DNA from: Octopus bimaculoides
Lineage: Eukaryota
Assembly: GCF_001194135.2 (NCBI RefSeq)
Contig: NC_068985.1
Location: forward strand, 32,963,102 to 33,026,656
DNA: 63,555 nucleotides
Direction: 5' to 3'
Shown here in pieces: positions 24,031-37,550 of the stretch (the first letter of the stretch is position 1; every line of letters starts with the position of its first letter). Made by a program: the position numbers and the translations under genes. The notes beneath the pieces were generated by a model. That model was not told where the DNA came from and ran no database searches. It worked only from the letters and a program-made list of their open reading frames with translations.

Positions 24031-25499
24031 TGCCTATATCCACACAGCCACGCCTATTTACATGTTGAATTAAGTTCAAATTTTCAGTAGAATTTCTCTG
24101 TTTTAAACAACTTGGTAAATGGGTTTACATATGTTATATGTTTCTATAAAAATTAAAACCTGTATTGTGTGATATATCTAATAATGTAAATAGATAAAAT
24201 AGCTACATTTTGACTTAATGTTTTATGTTTCCTTTTAATTTTGTTCCTCTTACACACTGTCTCCACTGTATGTTAGAGCTTGCCTCATTTTATCAAGCAT
24301 TGACTGAGGCAACCCATTCTATGGATAGAGTGGATACGCATGAGCATATATGTTTACAGATTAAGAGCATATAGTAAGTGTTAAGTTCAGCACTTCATAT
24401 GCTTATAGAATTGTACAGTAACCCTGATGATGGTAAAGACATGGTAACTATTAGATGGACTTTATTGATCATTAATGGCAAAACCCTTCCACTTGGGTTA
24501 TTTTTTTATGTTAAAAAAGACCACAGTTATAAAACTCTTGCAATCCATGCAAATATTGGAATTTTCAAACTGTACAATATATGATAACAAGGAAAATGAA
24601 TGTCAATGTAACTAAAAAGAATATTGGAAAGAAATTAATCATTACTATCAACTCAGTATTGTTCACTGTTAGTTAAAGTTTTCTTTTTTTTTTTTTTTAT
24701 TTAACTTTGACAAAGATAATTTGCTATAGAAGGTAAACGGTCTTTTTCTAAGTGCTGAAAATTAGGATGTGTGTTCCGTGAAATTGATTTGTAGACTTTA
24801 ATTCTCAGTTGTAGCTTGTTTACTTACCTCGTATGGAAAGATGTGAGGATACACTATTTTATCACCACGCCTCAAAATTCTACAGGTTGATTACTCACTG
24901 GTGTATACATTTGAACTTTATAGTTTAAGCTATCAAATGAACATTTCCTACATATATTTCATTAATGAATTTTTTTTTTTGTTATTAAGGTTAGGTTGTT
25001 GTTTTTTCTCTTGCAGAAAGCCAACAAACACTTTGTGTTACAGTTAAATGTTTTCCATAGAAAAATATTAATTTACTACATCTGAAAAAGAAAAACTATT
25101 AATGGCCTTCTATTTCATAATATGTATATCCTGAAAGCAAATGACCAAGTGCCTCTTGTATTGTTTAAAGATGAGAAGTTTCATTCAGTGTAAAATTTTT
25201 AGATTGTTAATTGAAATATAAATAGATTGTATGAAATTTACATTGGTGCAATATTCCAAAGCAAGTAAATTTGGATTGTTAAACTAAAGCATTGGTAACT
25301 TCTAGAAAGAAATGGTTTGCTTAGCAGTACTTTTGTAATTAGCAGATAATAGACATTTTAATTTTTTATTTCAGAAATGCGCATAATTTTAGATTATCAA
25401 ATTATCTTTTTTCATTTTAACATCCACTTTTTCATGCTGGCCAAGGGCTGAATGGGTTGTTCTCTGGCTCTCTAGAAGTTATCTGTAAAACTAACGAGT

Positions 25500-26370
25500 T
25501 CTCTGTACTCCATATCAGTTCTTATTTGGAATTACTGCCCTTCAAGAAGAGTAACTTATAAGACAGCTTTTTTTTTTTCTTATTGAATGCCATCATCAAC
25601 CATTTTACAGAGTGCAGTGGATACCATTTATAATATCACCAGCATTAGAGAAGTTTTCCTATGAGAAGGGTTAAAGAGTCACTGCTTCTCAGTGGCAGTT
25701 CCTATTCAGTGCTACTACTCTCCTTGAAAGGAAGATATGTGGGTAGAGATAGACAGAGGTCACAACTAACCTTCTGCAGGGGAGGAAATAACAGTTGTAG
25801 TTTAAGGTTGACTTCATCATGTGCTGGCTCAGATTGCATTTCCAACAGCTAAAGAACATCTTTGCTGTGGCTGGAAGGTCATTCAGTTATGATGCAGGCA
25901 GGGGTTTAACTACTGTGGGGCTGAAAATGACAGGAGTAGCTTCAATATGGCAAAGAGACTATATATGCAGGGAATGATTTAGCTATCAGGAGGTTGAAAG
26001 TAGCACTAGCATATTTACTCTGGCTGAGAGGCCTTGCTTCTTTGAGTGGTTTAAATATCAGTGGTTAACTGAGGGTGACAGTATATGACCATTGAGCATA
26101 AAGGTTGCTACCATTGTATATGTAGGTAGAAGGATTTTCATAAAGGCAGTCTGAAAATGAGACCTATTCCATGATACTACAACATAGTTTAGCAGTCAAG
26201 GGAGTGTACACTGATAAGCTTTATGGAGATTGATGGGGGAAGTGGGTGTTCTACTGGGAAAGAAAGTAAGCATTCCATATCAGACACAGAACATTTGAAC
26301 TAAAAATATTTGACAATGGGATTAACACAAATGACATCACATGTCCAAATACCCAGTCACCAATAAATGC
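25500..26370 (-). mobile_element. Possible heavily decayed non-LTR retroelement
   Basis: GC-richer than its flanks, with weak RT-like remnants (GYLDM, ATFNLLI). No clean motif. Confidence 0.25.
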
Positions 26371-26412
26371 CTTAAATGATATAAACCTCTAATAGAGAGG
26401 TTACAGTATATC

Positions 26413-26772
26413 TTTTCTTTTATGTGTTTCAGTCATTAGACTGCAGTCATGCTGGGGCACCACCTTGAAGAATCTTTAATTGAATGAATCGACTCCAGTA
26501 GTTTTTTTTTTTTTAAGCCTGGTACTTATTCTATCAGTCTCTTGTGCCAAACCACCAAATTACGTAAACACACCAACACTGATCAACAAGTGGTGGTGAC
26601 AGACACGCATACACATATGACTGGCTTTTTTCAGTTTCCATTTACCAAATCCACTCATAAAGCTTTGGTCAGCCCAAGGCTATAGTAAAAGGCACTTGCC
26701 CTAGGTGACATGCAGTGGACTGATCCCTGAACTATATGGTTGGGAAGCAAGCTTTTTACCACACAGCCACAC
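26413..26772 (-). mobile_element. SINE family A, near full length (CR1-group tail)
   Basis: Head, core aggcacttgccctagg, and tail tttcagtcattagactgcagtcatgctggggcaccacc. Confidence 0.9.
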
Positions 26773-26777
26773 CTATA

Positions 26778-26878
26778 TATATATATCTGGTGTTGCCATC
26801 CGGTTTCACCAGTCCTCAGTCAAATCGTCCAACCCATGCTAGCATGGAAAGCGGACGTTAAACGATGATGATGATGAT
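26778..26878 (+). mobile_element. Short, young RTE 3' end inserted in TA-rich DNA
   Basis: cgtccaacccatgctagcatggaaagcggacgttaaacgatgatgatgatgat with CpGs intact; atatatc on both sides. Confidence 0.85.
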
Positions 26879-27199
26879 ATATATCATGTATAATGATATC
26901 ACTTTTTGATATTTATTTCCATTTATTTAAAATAACTAATCAGTGACCATATTAAGAGAACAATACATTTGTTGTGTTATGTTAAGTCAGCTCCAATTCT
27001 AGCCATGTCCATCCCATCTTTTCAGATGTATATTTAGTACATTATCCATATTTGGTTTCTAATTCTAGCAAGACATGTAGATGCTGTGGATTTTTTTTTA
27101 ATCATCTATGCATAGAAAGATTTAGAAATAATAATCATTGCTGTTTGGCTTATTTCAGAATTTGGTTTCAGCTGGAAATCTTGTATGAGGTAAGAAATA

Positions 27200-28255
27200 C
27201 TCAGAAAACAACATAGTTGATTATATTCCTTGATCATGTAACCTGGCAGCTTTATAAAAATTATTACTGGTTGAGCTCATATTTTTTCGTCTTGATATTG
27301 AACACATCTGAAAGACAGCCTTCACCAAACTGTTCACTCACACCATCTTTTGTTTCATTTGTACCACCTTGTGTCTTCAAATCTAAATACTTTGTCTTTG
27401 TACCATTGTATGCCTGACAACAATTTACTACAATGTTTTTTTTTTATCTACTTGTCTCAGAAATGTAGGGTTATGCTTATAACTTATGTGAAGATTACCT
27501 TTCACCATGGTGCACCAACTTATTCTGATGGTTGTGTTTTGCAAATCATCACTAATTTCCTGGGACACTAATTTTGTTTTTCCTCATCAGATAATTCTTG
27601 AGTTAATACTGTGTTAATTCCTAATAGTCAAATTTAGGATCATCATGGACTTAAACAAGAAACTGGAAATCTTTTTTTTTACTTACTTGAGTACAAAATT
27701 CTAAAACAAACTAAAAAGATTTCTCTGTATGCACTAAAATTCAACTTTGAGATTAAATCTAAACCGTCTTCTATGTAACTTTATATTTCTTCTCAAGTTC
27801 TGTTGAGTATTTCTGTTGTTTTGTAGCTTAACATTAATAGCTGTGCACAGGTTTTCATATAGGCAGCTGTGACCAAATTTCCATTTCCTAATATAGTTTG
27901 TCTACGGAATTGCAACTGCTGTTCTCTCAGTGGTTATTCTGCACACATATCATTGATCAGATCATATTAGCTGTATGATTTAGAATTTGGTTTCATCTAA
28001 TTGAATTCCCATGAAGTTATCATTTAATTCAGTTAAGACTATTTTGTTTATTGACACAACCAAGTAATCTCTACCATTTGGCTGATTTGTCAAACAACTT
28101 GGCTCCCCTGTTGAACTTGTATTGATTGGACTCTTGTAGAACAGTTTGTTGATATTTTCTATATGGTAACACACCATTTCCATTGCTCTCTTCACATCAC
28201 TAATTCTTTCTTTACATCCTGACGGTTTGTAAAACAGCAAACACAGAATAAACAC
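27200..28255 (-). pseudogene. Probable decayed hAT (Charlie/Buster-like) transposase
   Basis: Motifs appear in the expected order across frameshifts: KRAMEMVCYHI, ELNDNFMGIQLDET (cf. FxIQLDEST), RKLVMIC...GAP/MVKG (cf. KLVSICTDGAPAMxG), then HC. Confidence 0.48.
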
Positions 28256-30495
28256 AATTCAGCACCAGTATCTTTTTGCTCATTGGTTTCAGAATGATTT
28301 TCTTTTCACTCTGACTGGTTACACTTGATAATGTATTTTATACTATGAGAAGGATATGCCCCCCCCCCCACACACACAAACATGTGTGTATGTATGACTC
28401 ACTGTTTACACATTTGTATGATTTGATGTTTCTATAGAATTTAAAGTCTAAATTTGTATATTTCCTTCAACTTCAGTGCTCTTACATGTCAGTGCTTGAC
28501 CTCAGCAGGGTTTCTTAAATTATTTCTTGTTTGTTGAAATGATTTATTTTAAGTAATTTTGTTTTTTAAATTTGTTTTAGTGTAATGTTGTTTTTTCTCT
28601 TAGTGGTTTTGTAACATGAAATATTGACATAATTGTGTTTGTTTGTTGTTTAAAGTTAGGATATCAAGTCTTCTTCTTTTTTTTTTTAAATTCTATTTCC
28701 TAGAAAATATAAATTTTGAGGTTGGAAATGCTAAATTTGAAGCAGTGAAACTAGTGATCAAACTTTCTGCTGATGACTTGCTTTTTTTATTCTGCCTTTG
28801 AATCTTTATCTTCCATCTCATTCTTTATAATGAAACAAGTAAAGTGGTATTTTTTTTTATGTAAAAAACGCTCAGATCTCACACCCACCTACAATATCAT
28901 TCTAAAAATATACAATCATATCATTGAAATCTCAAAGCTGTGTGGTAATGTATGATTGAATTCAAAGCAGTGTGAATGACTAAGCATCACATTTAACAGT
29001 AAACTGAATTCTAAAGGGTTAAGTTTACATTGAATTTATTTTGGATAAAACTCTGCAGTTTCAGGCCAATAACAAACCATCTATAAGGCACTCTACCTGT
29101 TTCAAATGGCAGTCAAATCTCTCTCAAAACCACATGATACTGCTTAAAAAAGGACACAATGGATAATGTGTTAAAAAAAAAAAGGATGCAATGGATACAC
29201 TATTTTGGGAGGAAAAACATCTACGACACTAGATATCACAACAAATATGTTGTACATATATTTTTTTTAGTCTAGATAACTGGTATATAATTAGCTCTCC
29301 ATATATGGCCCAATCCATGCCAACATAAAAAGTGGACATTAAATGATGATAATAAGGAACAGATAGCTTCTATGTATCCAAAGCTTCTTTATTCAATGCC
29401 TTTACCCTCAGATTTTGTGCTAAGATAAAGTGAATCAAGTAATATGTGGTTACTTTATTTGAATGTAATATATTAATTGCATTAATATTATTTTTGTATC
29501 AGAACTGCTGATCATTGATTAATTAGAGCTAATAAGGCAAATCTGATGTTATTTTTGAAAGCAGTGCTCTGAATAAATCTAATAAGTCTGACTTTTGAGG
29601 CATCAAAGTGTAAAGTGCAACTGGAATCTCTAATTACAGGGCACAAGTAGATACATAAGCATTTAAAGGAGTATACTGTATCTACATAACTACAGCTGAC
29701 AGAGCAAAACTGATAGTATATTTTGAATTAGTACCATAAATATGCCCAAGAATGATACCAGATATTTTTTAAAAATTGGACAATGTTATAAATATCTAGC
29801 TAGTTCAAATTTAGACAAATTATCTAGTGTTGATGTCATGGTAAAAGTACCCATCCTGCTTTATTATTTTTTATGAGAATAGGAAGTGCATAAAATTATT
29901 GAGAAAAAAGAAAAAACTTAGGTTACAACCAGTATATAGAATTAAGATGTTTAGGAGATTGCTGTATTTGTCTGTCCAACTCATGCTAATAAAAAAAAAA
30001 AAACATAAAACCAATGATGATGATTAACATGCATTTGATATGAAATCTGGGTATGATTGGAGATTTGGATTTTTACCATTCTTTGTAGTTGGATCTATAT
30101 TTATGATTATCGACCAAAAGCTGGCAATGAATGCTATTTCACTTTCACTAACAAAACTATTGAGAATCTAATATCATATTAGATAATTGAAGATATTGAT
30201 TGAAAAAGATTTTTACAATACTTAAAAACAAAATACCAAAATACCTTATGATCACTCTTCCATCCACTTACCTTCCTTTAGATATCAGAATCTTATTGTT
30301 TTCATAGAAACCAGGACTAAATTCCAAAGCTTGATGAACAATTCATGTCACACACACTGGCATATACGCACATACATTCTGACACCACCACCCACACACA
30401 CACACTGACACATAAAAGTTCTTAGAAATTGAACTGAGGTTTATTGTTTAAATATTTATAATGCTAGCTATACAAGATTTTTATATATATTTAAA

Positions 30496-30565
<70 letters not shown>

Positions 30566-33500
30566 TTTTTCTCTCTCAATTTTAGTGACAATAGAATTAT
30601 GCATATAATATTGCCTATATATTTCTGCTTGCAATCTGAAGCATCGGAAGTAATCATTCAAATGAAAATATATTAAAGTGTAGTATGTCTTTCACAATCC
30701 TGCTTGACATTAGTTTACATTTGGATTTTTTTTTAAATCAAAAACAAACTAATACTTGCCATTTATAAATAACAGATGTTTTATCTAATAATTTGCTTTT
30801 ATTACAAAAATTCTTTCTTAGCCTTTGCTAGTAACATATGCACAACTTGACAAGAGGTGTCACTGCCAATTACTTATCCTTGATATTGTAAATGTCTGTT
30901 GTTTAACCACAGATCAGTCCTGGTTTTGAAGTATTCCATCTGATATTCTCCTGGATGTTTGTATATGTAGGACTACATTGTTTAAGGCATTCTTCCATTT
31001 TAAGAAAGTAAGATGTTATTTGCAATAAAACTCCAGAAACTTCTGCAGCCACTTCTATACCTGTTCCCTTTTCCATGATGGCTTCTCATGGTGGAGATGA
31101 ATGGACACCTAAAATATTATAAAACCTTGAGAACTAAGAAAGGTTTGGAAAAAACTTACACCTTTTTGTCAAATATGTTCTGAGTAAATCCAATGACATA
31201 ATCTTCAACAACATAGAAGTGTTAACAAAGCTTTTTTTTTAAATGCTGATTACAAAATTTATCTTGCTGCTCTTGTCTATCTGTACCTACTTGCATGATT
31301 ATTTGATCAGTTTGACCAAAACTAGTAGATCATACTTTATTTCCTACCTCTTGTTAGCAAGAAAGTTTGATCATCAGCTTAAGATTTACTGGTGGTTGGA
31401 GATAACCTACAATACAACACAATCTTCTTGTTACTGTTAGTCTTATATGTCTCCTTTCCTCTATATTAAAATATTACTGTTCATGCCTACTTATGTACAT
31501 CCATACATGTGTTGATACACAAATTATTGTCTAAATTCCAATGAAAAAGACTTTGTTTTTTGGTTAGAAACTGGCTTTTTTTTCTATTACTAAGAAATTT
31601 ACAAAATAAAACTAGAAGAATGTATGTACATAAACACATACATGTATACATCTATCCATGTATCTATTTATCTCTCTATCTTTTAATCTATCTCTATAAT
31701 CTGCTAATTCTTTTGCTGTCTGCAAGTCCATATATATTGGATGTATTTCTTTTCTTTTTGTTTTCCCTTCTGTTTCTTTTTCTTATTAACATAAATGAGT
31801 TAAACATTATTTTTTTTCCCTGTGTATTTCTGTAAATATTGAGACCAAATTAAAGAAAAAGAAAGTTACAATTTCAGGAATATTTTATTTAATTTTTCTC
31901 TTCAGACATTAATTATTGTTCTCAATATTTTAACAATTATTTTCTCAAAAGTCTAAAAAAAAATCAGTAGTGCAAATTGAATCAAATGTTCTTTGAACTT
32001 CTCACTAAAACACCTAATCAAATAAAAATTAACTTCAATATATATATATAAAAAAAAAAACATTGTATAAAAAGAAATGCCCATTCTATAGGAAGAAAGT
32101 CTTACTTTTTTCATTGAATTTTTTTTTTTGTTCTATTTTCTATATACTTCTCCATTGTACAGTATGTGACATTTGTTGTCAACATGTGATACATTATAGG
32201 CAATCTTTTGATTATATTGATATCAGATGTGATCTTGGCATAGGCATGAAACACTGTTATTGTGGTATCTCATACTAGGTAGATGACAAACATTGACTGT
32301 AATATCAGATGAGTGTGTTTAGAAGAGTAAATGTACACATGTGTAAATATGCACATACACACATTTTTATATACTTAAAAAGTAACTGAGATTTTTATGG
32401 GAACAAATATTAATCAGTATACTACATATGGAAACAGTAAAGGTTAAAAAAAATTTCTTTAAGCTTTTGCTATTTACTTATGTTTGTGTATGTTCAAACA
32501 GTTAGCAAAAAATTGCTATCCAATTTAATGTTGTTATTTTATATACTCTAAGGACTCTTTTCTGTGATATAGAAATGGTATGTACTATCGTGTTTTACAA
32601 TCTAGGATAAATGAAAGTGAATATCTGAATTTCAGTTGATGTGTTAAAAAAGATTGACTGGGTATATGGGATAAATAAATGCTGGTTTATTTATTTATCA
32701 TGTAATTTTATTAACCACACTTCTGGAACAAACATGAATTAATTTTAACCAGTGATTGTTCTTGTTTATGCTTGTTTTTATAAAAAACCTGCTTAATCTA
32801 TACGAAGTCTTGTAGTGCTTTTCTATATAAACCTCCTAATTCTGTTAGAAACTAGAGATTTTGAAGAAATGTAGTTAGTTCAGTATAAATTCTTAAAAAT
32901 ATAACTATTGCATAAATTGGGATGAAACGTGCAATTTACTTGCTGCCAAGTCATTTTAACCTACCAAGATTTACTGAATACAGCTAAGTTAATTACACAG
33001 GGATAGGGGTTTTGACCTATATTTACAAGATGTCAATTCCTAGGCACCAATTTTTTGTCTTGAAAGTGAATTTATTGCTCCAGTTAGTCTCTTTTTAAAA
33101 AAAGAATCCCAAGATACTCCTTTATCTCCTCCAGTCAAAAGTTTTTTAAGGTCTAACACAGTAGTGCTATTTACTCTTACTACAATAATTTACAGTACTC
33201 TTATTACAATAAACTCACCAGTATGCAGGGACTTCACATTTAAAAGTATATCAGTGAAATTGTTTTTTTTTTTTGTCTTTTAATCTCTACCAAGTCACTA
33301 ACAAAAGCATCAATGCAATATGAACTACATGATAACTCCATTCTTGCTCAAAATTAATAAATCCAAATGTCACTTAGATCACTGATGTTTATAGATGACT
33401 GAAATATCACTAATTATTTTATCCAAGTCCAAATTCTCTTTCTCTAATGAAATTATTTATAAATAAATAATAATAAATAAATCATAAATAACATCATTGA

Positions 33501-34899
33501 ATTCTAACTCACTGCTCAAGGTCCTAACCACCATTATGCTTGAAAGCTGAAGGGAGAAAAACTTCCAAAGAAATTTACATGATAAAACAAAAAATAAGCA
33601 CACATAGAGCAAACAGGAAGTCTTTTGATAGGAAGTTCTTTCTAAAAAGAGCTAAACACAAAAGAGTGCTTAGTTCCAGTTTTCAACTCCATGTGGTTTC
33701 ATGCAGTTCAAGATTTTGCAGCAAGTGTTAATGTCTGTAGTGTATAATATTAAGAGTCAGGTATCCTGTAAAACCAATGATGGTAATGTTGTATTTGATC
33801 TCAGTTACATATGCAGATTAACACTGCTCTGAAATGCCTAAAGAATTAAGTGAATCATAAAAAGTTTATAGGACATAAACTTGCTCACAAACAGCTTTTT
33901 TTGTAACCCTTTAAACTTTGATGACAAGGTAATTTATAACAACTAAATGTGTAAAGTAAGTTTCAGGGCTAAAAGAATTTTGAACTGAAACTGTGGCCTT
34001 ATTTTATAGTATGTTTTATCTTCAATGCATAATTGAACATGTTTTAAACTCAGATTGAGCTCTCTTCTTTTATAATATCTCTTGTCATCAGAACTTCTTA
34101 GAGGTGATATTTTCCAAAATTTGTCAGACTAACTTCTTTACCTAGCCTCCCTAGGAAATGTCACCTTTGGTAAATTGTGTTATTTTGAGTTTGATACTGC
34201 ACTCATTTTAGTTCAAATCTTATTGCAGGCAATTAATAAAATAAATAATCTATTGAGATTAGTTTAATCAGTTTTTACCCACCATTCATAAAAAAATGAC
34301 TCTTTATAGTAAAGGCATTTTGTGGTTTATTATTAATTAACACTGATATTAGCAGCTTCTTAACAGTTCTACTATCTCTGAAAATTGTAATGTCAATATA
34401 TTTTGGACTGGAATTATGTAATTAATACATTTTACAGGTCTTTAAATTGTATTAATTAGATGTATTTTGATATGTTTAAGGAGTGCTGCAAAACCAACAA
34501 CCTCAAGCCACTCCTAATAGCTTTTGTCAATTTTTTTTTTCCTGAATTTAGACAAATTATCTAATTATTTGTTTTTCTTCTTGATACCAGCACAGTTTTT
34601 CATTTGTATAACTGAGAAAATTCACTGTTCAAGTTAAGTTACCATACAGTTATCCATTTTCCTTGCCAATCCAGGATAGTAATATTGACTTTCCTAATCT
34701 GTAAAATGAATGCCAAGCAGTCATATTCCAAGTTGTAGTAAAAAAATTTTTTCCCCAAAATTGAAAGTGAAGGGACAATACTTATAACTTTTGAAAGCCC
34801 TCCTAAATATGTAGGCTAGTGTTGAACTTGAACTTCTGTAGGCTGATATATATGCATAGAAAAATCAAAGAGAGGAGAAAGGATTAAGCAAAGTGTTTA

Positions 34900-35770
34900 G
34901 TGTAGTGTTTATGGTTGGAACATAATAGAGAAAACAAGAGGAGGAGTGGCAGGTGCATTAGGTGAGATTGGTGGAGGTAGTTTACAACTTGTCAGTTAAG
35001 AAAAACAAACTGTTTTAATAACTACATGAGGTAATGAAGAAAAACGATACTTCTGTTAGGGTTTGTGGTAGGTAAGTGAGTCTTTGTAAATTGCTATTAT
35101 CTATAATGTATTCTAAGATGCTTTTGTATGCTGTTGCAATATTCTGAGTAATCCCAAGTTTTGTACATCAACTACTGGTTAGAGAAGTATTTTCTGGTTC
35201 TGAAGGTGAAGATTGATTTTTGGAATGCAGTATTGGCAATATTATAGATGGGGAAGTTTATAGTAACTGACTTGAATACCAGAAGACTCAAGGATTATGT
35301 AGTATGATGTTATGAGATGGTTTGCTTTGTTTAAACAGTGATCAGCTAATCCAATGAGAACAGAGACTGTGAGCACAGGACAACGGATGGGTTCAGAGGT
35401 AGACTAACAGCTGCAAACAATTTAGGATGATACATGATTCATATTCTGTACCAATAGTGTTAGTAGGGAAAGAATCAGACAGCTAAGAGAAGTGTGTATC
35501 AAAGTTACTGAAGATGAAAATTTTAGTGAGAGGTGAATTAAAATGTCCTTAGTGATGGATGAAAAAAAGAGGTAATTATAAATCTTTGGTGCTGATATCC
35601 CAGTAAAGGGGAGGAGGGTAATTAGTAAAAGGAATGAATTCTATGTGGTCATTCATGCTCTTTTCAGAATGAAATTGGAATTTAGATTCTAGGCTGGACA
35701 GCTGACATAAGTTAGAAGTGGAAGATAACATCTTGTGTTGTATTTTGAACAACTTGTCAGTGCTTGTTAT
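34900..35770 (-). mobile_element. Old LINE relic, APE endonuclease region
   Basis: FIFSNFDTH (GDFNAH-like), TNTIG, LNCLQLL and LIGLADHCL (SDH-like), in order. Confidence 0.58.
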
Positions 35771-36103
35771 TTCATTAGGATTTAAAATATTTCTCTACTA
35801 TTTTGAGTTATACAGAAGAGTCAAACATTTCTGCTATTTGAGAAGTACCAAACCTTTATGTCAATGTAATTAATAGATGTGGAAAAAGCAATACAGTAAA
35901 AATGTTCAACCTCTGCTACTGTGGCAAGTGGATGTAGGATAGTTGTGGATCTGATAGTGCCAGAACATCTAGGTGTGGTAATGTGAATAAAAAATAATGA
36001 AAATTTGTAAAAATATCGATGACAATTACTAATGAATATATATTGTTTACTATGCTTCCATACTGTTAGAAAATAAGTAAATAACTTCAAAGAAAATCTG
36101 AAA

Positions 36104-36151
<48 letters not shown>

Positions 36152-36156
36152 CACAC

Positions 36157-36202
36157 GGTGGTGCATCAGCATGGCCGCAGCTCTAAGCTGAAACTATAAA
36201 CA

Positions 36203-36255
<53 letters not shown>

Positions 36256-36305
36256 TTATTTATTTATGTGTTTCAGCCAAGTGGCTGCGGTCATGCTGGT
36301 GCACC
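36157..36305. mobile_element. Two very short LINE/SINE 3' tails, tail-to-tail around (TA)n
   Basis: ggtggtgcatcagcatggccgcagct...ctgaaac at 36157-36195 (+) and tttcagccaagtggctgcggtcatgctggtgcacca at about 36270-36306 (-). Confidence 0.72.
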
Positions 36306-36386
36306 ATATATATATATAAAGCCTCTGTTAAAGTATTTGAGAAAAATCATATTAATGTGTCCAACTGATTAAAATTCTATTTATTT

Positions 36387-36474
36387 GTGCAGCTGATGAT
36401 AACCCTGCATTTAAATTGATGTAATGATTGCATTGTTCAATTAAATGGAGCCAATTGAAACGGTCGTACTGCAT
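36387..36474 (+). ncRNA. Type I hammerhead ribozyme motif with an intact catalytic core and a long stem II
   Basis: Stem I gugcag/cugcau (6 bp), CUGAUGA 36393-36399, hairpin 36408-36447, GAAA 36457-36460, stem III ACG/CGU, and GUA cleavage triplet 36466-36468. The base of stem II pairs poorly. Confidence 0.68.
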
Positions 36475-36574
36475 CGCTTCTTGTTGCTTTTTTAAAAATT
36501 TTATTCACTTTACTTTGAGCTGTGCGGATAATACCGGACTGACTTGGTGCTTCAATGATCTCAATTATTTCTTT

Positions 36575-36612
<38 letters not shown>

Positions 36613-37448
36613 NNNNNNNNNNNNNNNNNNNNNNNNNNNNNNNNNNNNNNNNNNNNNNNNNNNNNNNNNNNNNNNNNNNNNNNNNNNNNNNNNNNNNNNN
36701 NNNNNNNNNNNNNNNNNNNNNNNNNNNNNNNNNNNNNNNNNNNNNNNNNNNNNNNNNNNNNNNNNNNNNNNNNNNNNNNNNNNNNNNNNNNNNNNNNNNN
36801 NNNNNNNNNNNNNNNNNNNNNNNNNNNNNNNNNNNNNNNNNNNNNNNNNNNNNNNNNNNNNNNNNNNNNNNNNNNNNNNNNNNNNNNNNNNNNNNNNNNN
36901 NNNNNNNNNNNNNNNNNNNNNNNNNNNNNNNNNNNNNNNNNNNNNNNNNNNNNNNNNNNNNNNNNNNNNNNNNNNNNNNNNNNNNNNNNNNNNNNNNNNN
37001 NNNNNNNNNNNNNNNNNNNNNNNNNNNNNNNNNNNNNNNNNNNNNNNNNNNNNNNNNNNNNNNNNNNNNNNNNNNNNNNNNNNNNNNNNNNNNNNNNNNN
37101 NNNNNNNNNNNNNNNNNNNNNNNNNNNNNNNNNNNNNNNNNNNNNNNNNNNNNNNNNNNNNNNNNNNNNNNNNNNNNNNNNNNNNNNNNNNNNNNNNNNN
37201 NNNNNNNNNNNNNNNNNNNNNNNNNNNNNNNNNNNNNNNNNNNNNNNNNNNNNNNNNNNNNNNNNNNNNNNNNNNNNNNNNNNNNNNNNNNNNNNNNNNN
37301 NNNNNNNNNNNNNNNNNNNNNNNNNNNNNNNNNNNNNNNNNNNNNNNNNNNNNNNNNNNNNNNNNNNNNNNNNNNNNNNNNNNNNNNNNNNNNNNNNNNN
37401 NNNNNNNNNNNNNNNNNNNNNNNNNNNNNNNNNNNNNNNNNNNNNNNN

Positions 37449-37550
37449 GACAGGCTTCTTTCAGTTTCTACCTACCAAAATCACTGATAAGGCTTTACTT
37501 GCTTTTGGGCTAAAGTACAGAGCACTTGCTTAAGATGCCATGCAAGCTTC
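37449..37550 (-). mobile_element. SINE family A, partial (next to a gap)
   Basis: gacaggcttctttcagtttctacctaccaaaatcactgataaggcttt. Confidence 0.75.

Noticed and set aside
24415-24455. CTGATGA hammerhead-like start
   Set aside because: No GAAA in register, no stem II and no stem I partner.
24820-24880. Consensus minus-strand donor GAG|GTAAGT with peptide ILRRGDKIVYPHIFPYE
   Set aside because: The acceptor is weak and no partner exon was found.
31040-31100. 48-nt minus-strand exon candidate (VSIHLHHEKPSWKREQ)
   Set aside because: Splice sites are plausible, but there is no homology or linked exon; within chance expectation.
36428-37513. Long ORFs spanning N gaps (also near 984-1310, 49304-50009, 53735-54109 and 60826-61104)
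   Set aside because: They are open only because N runs and microsatellites contain no stop codons.
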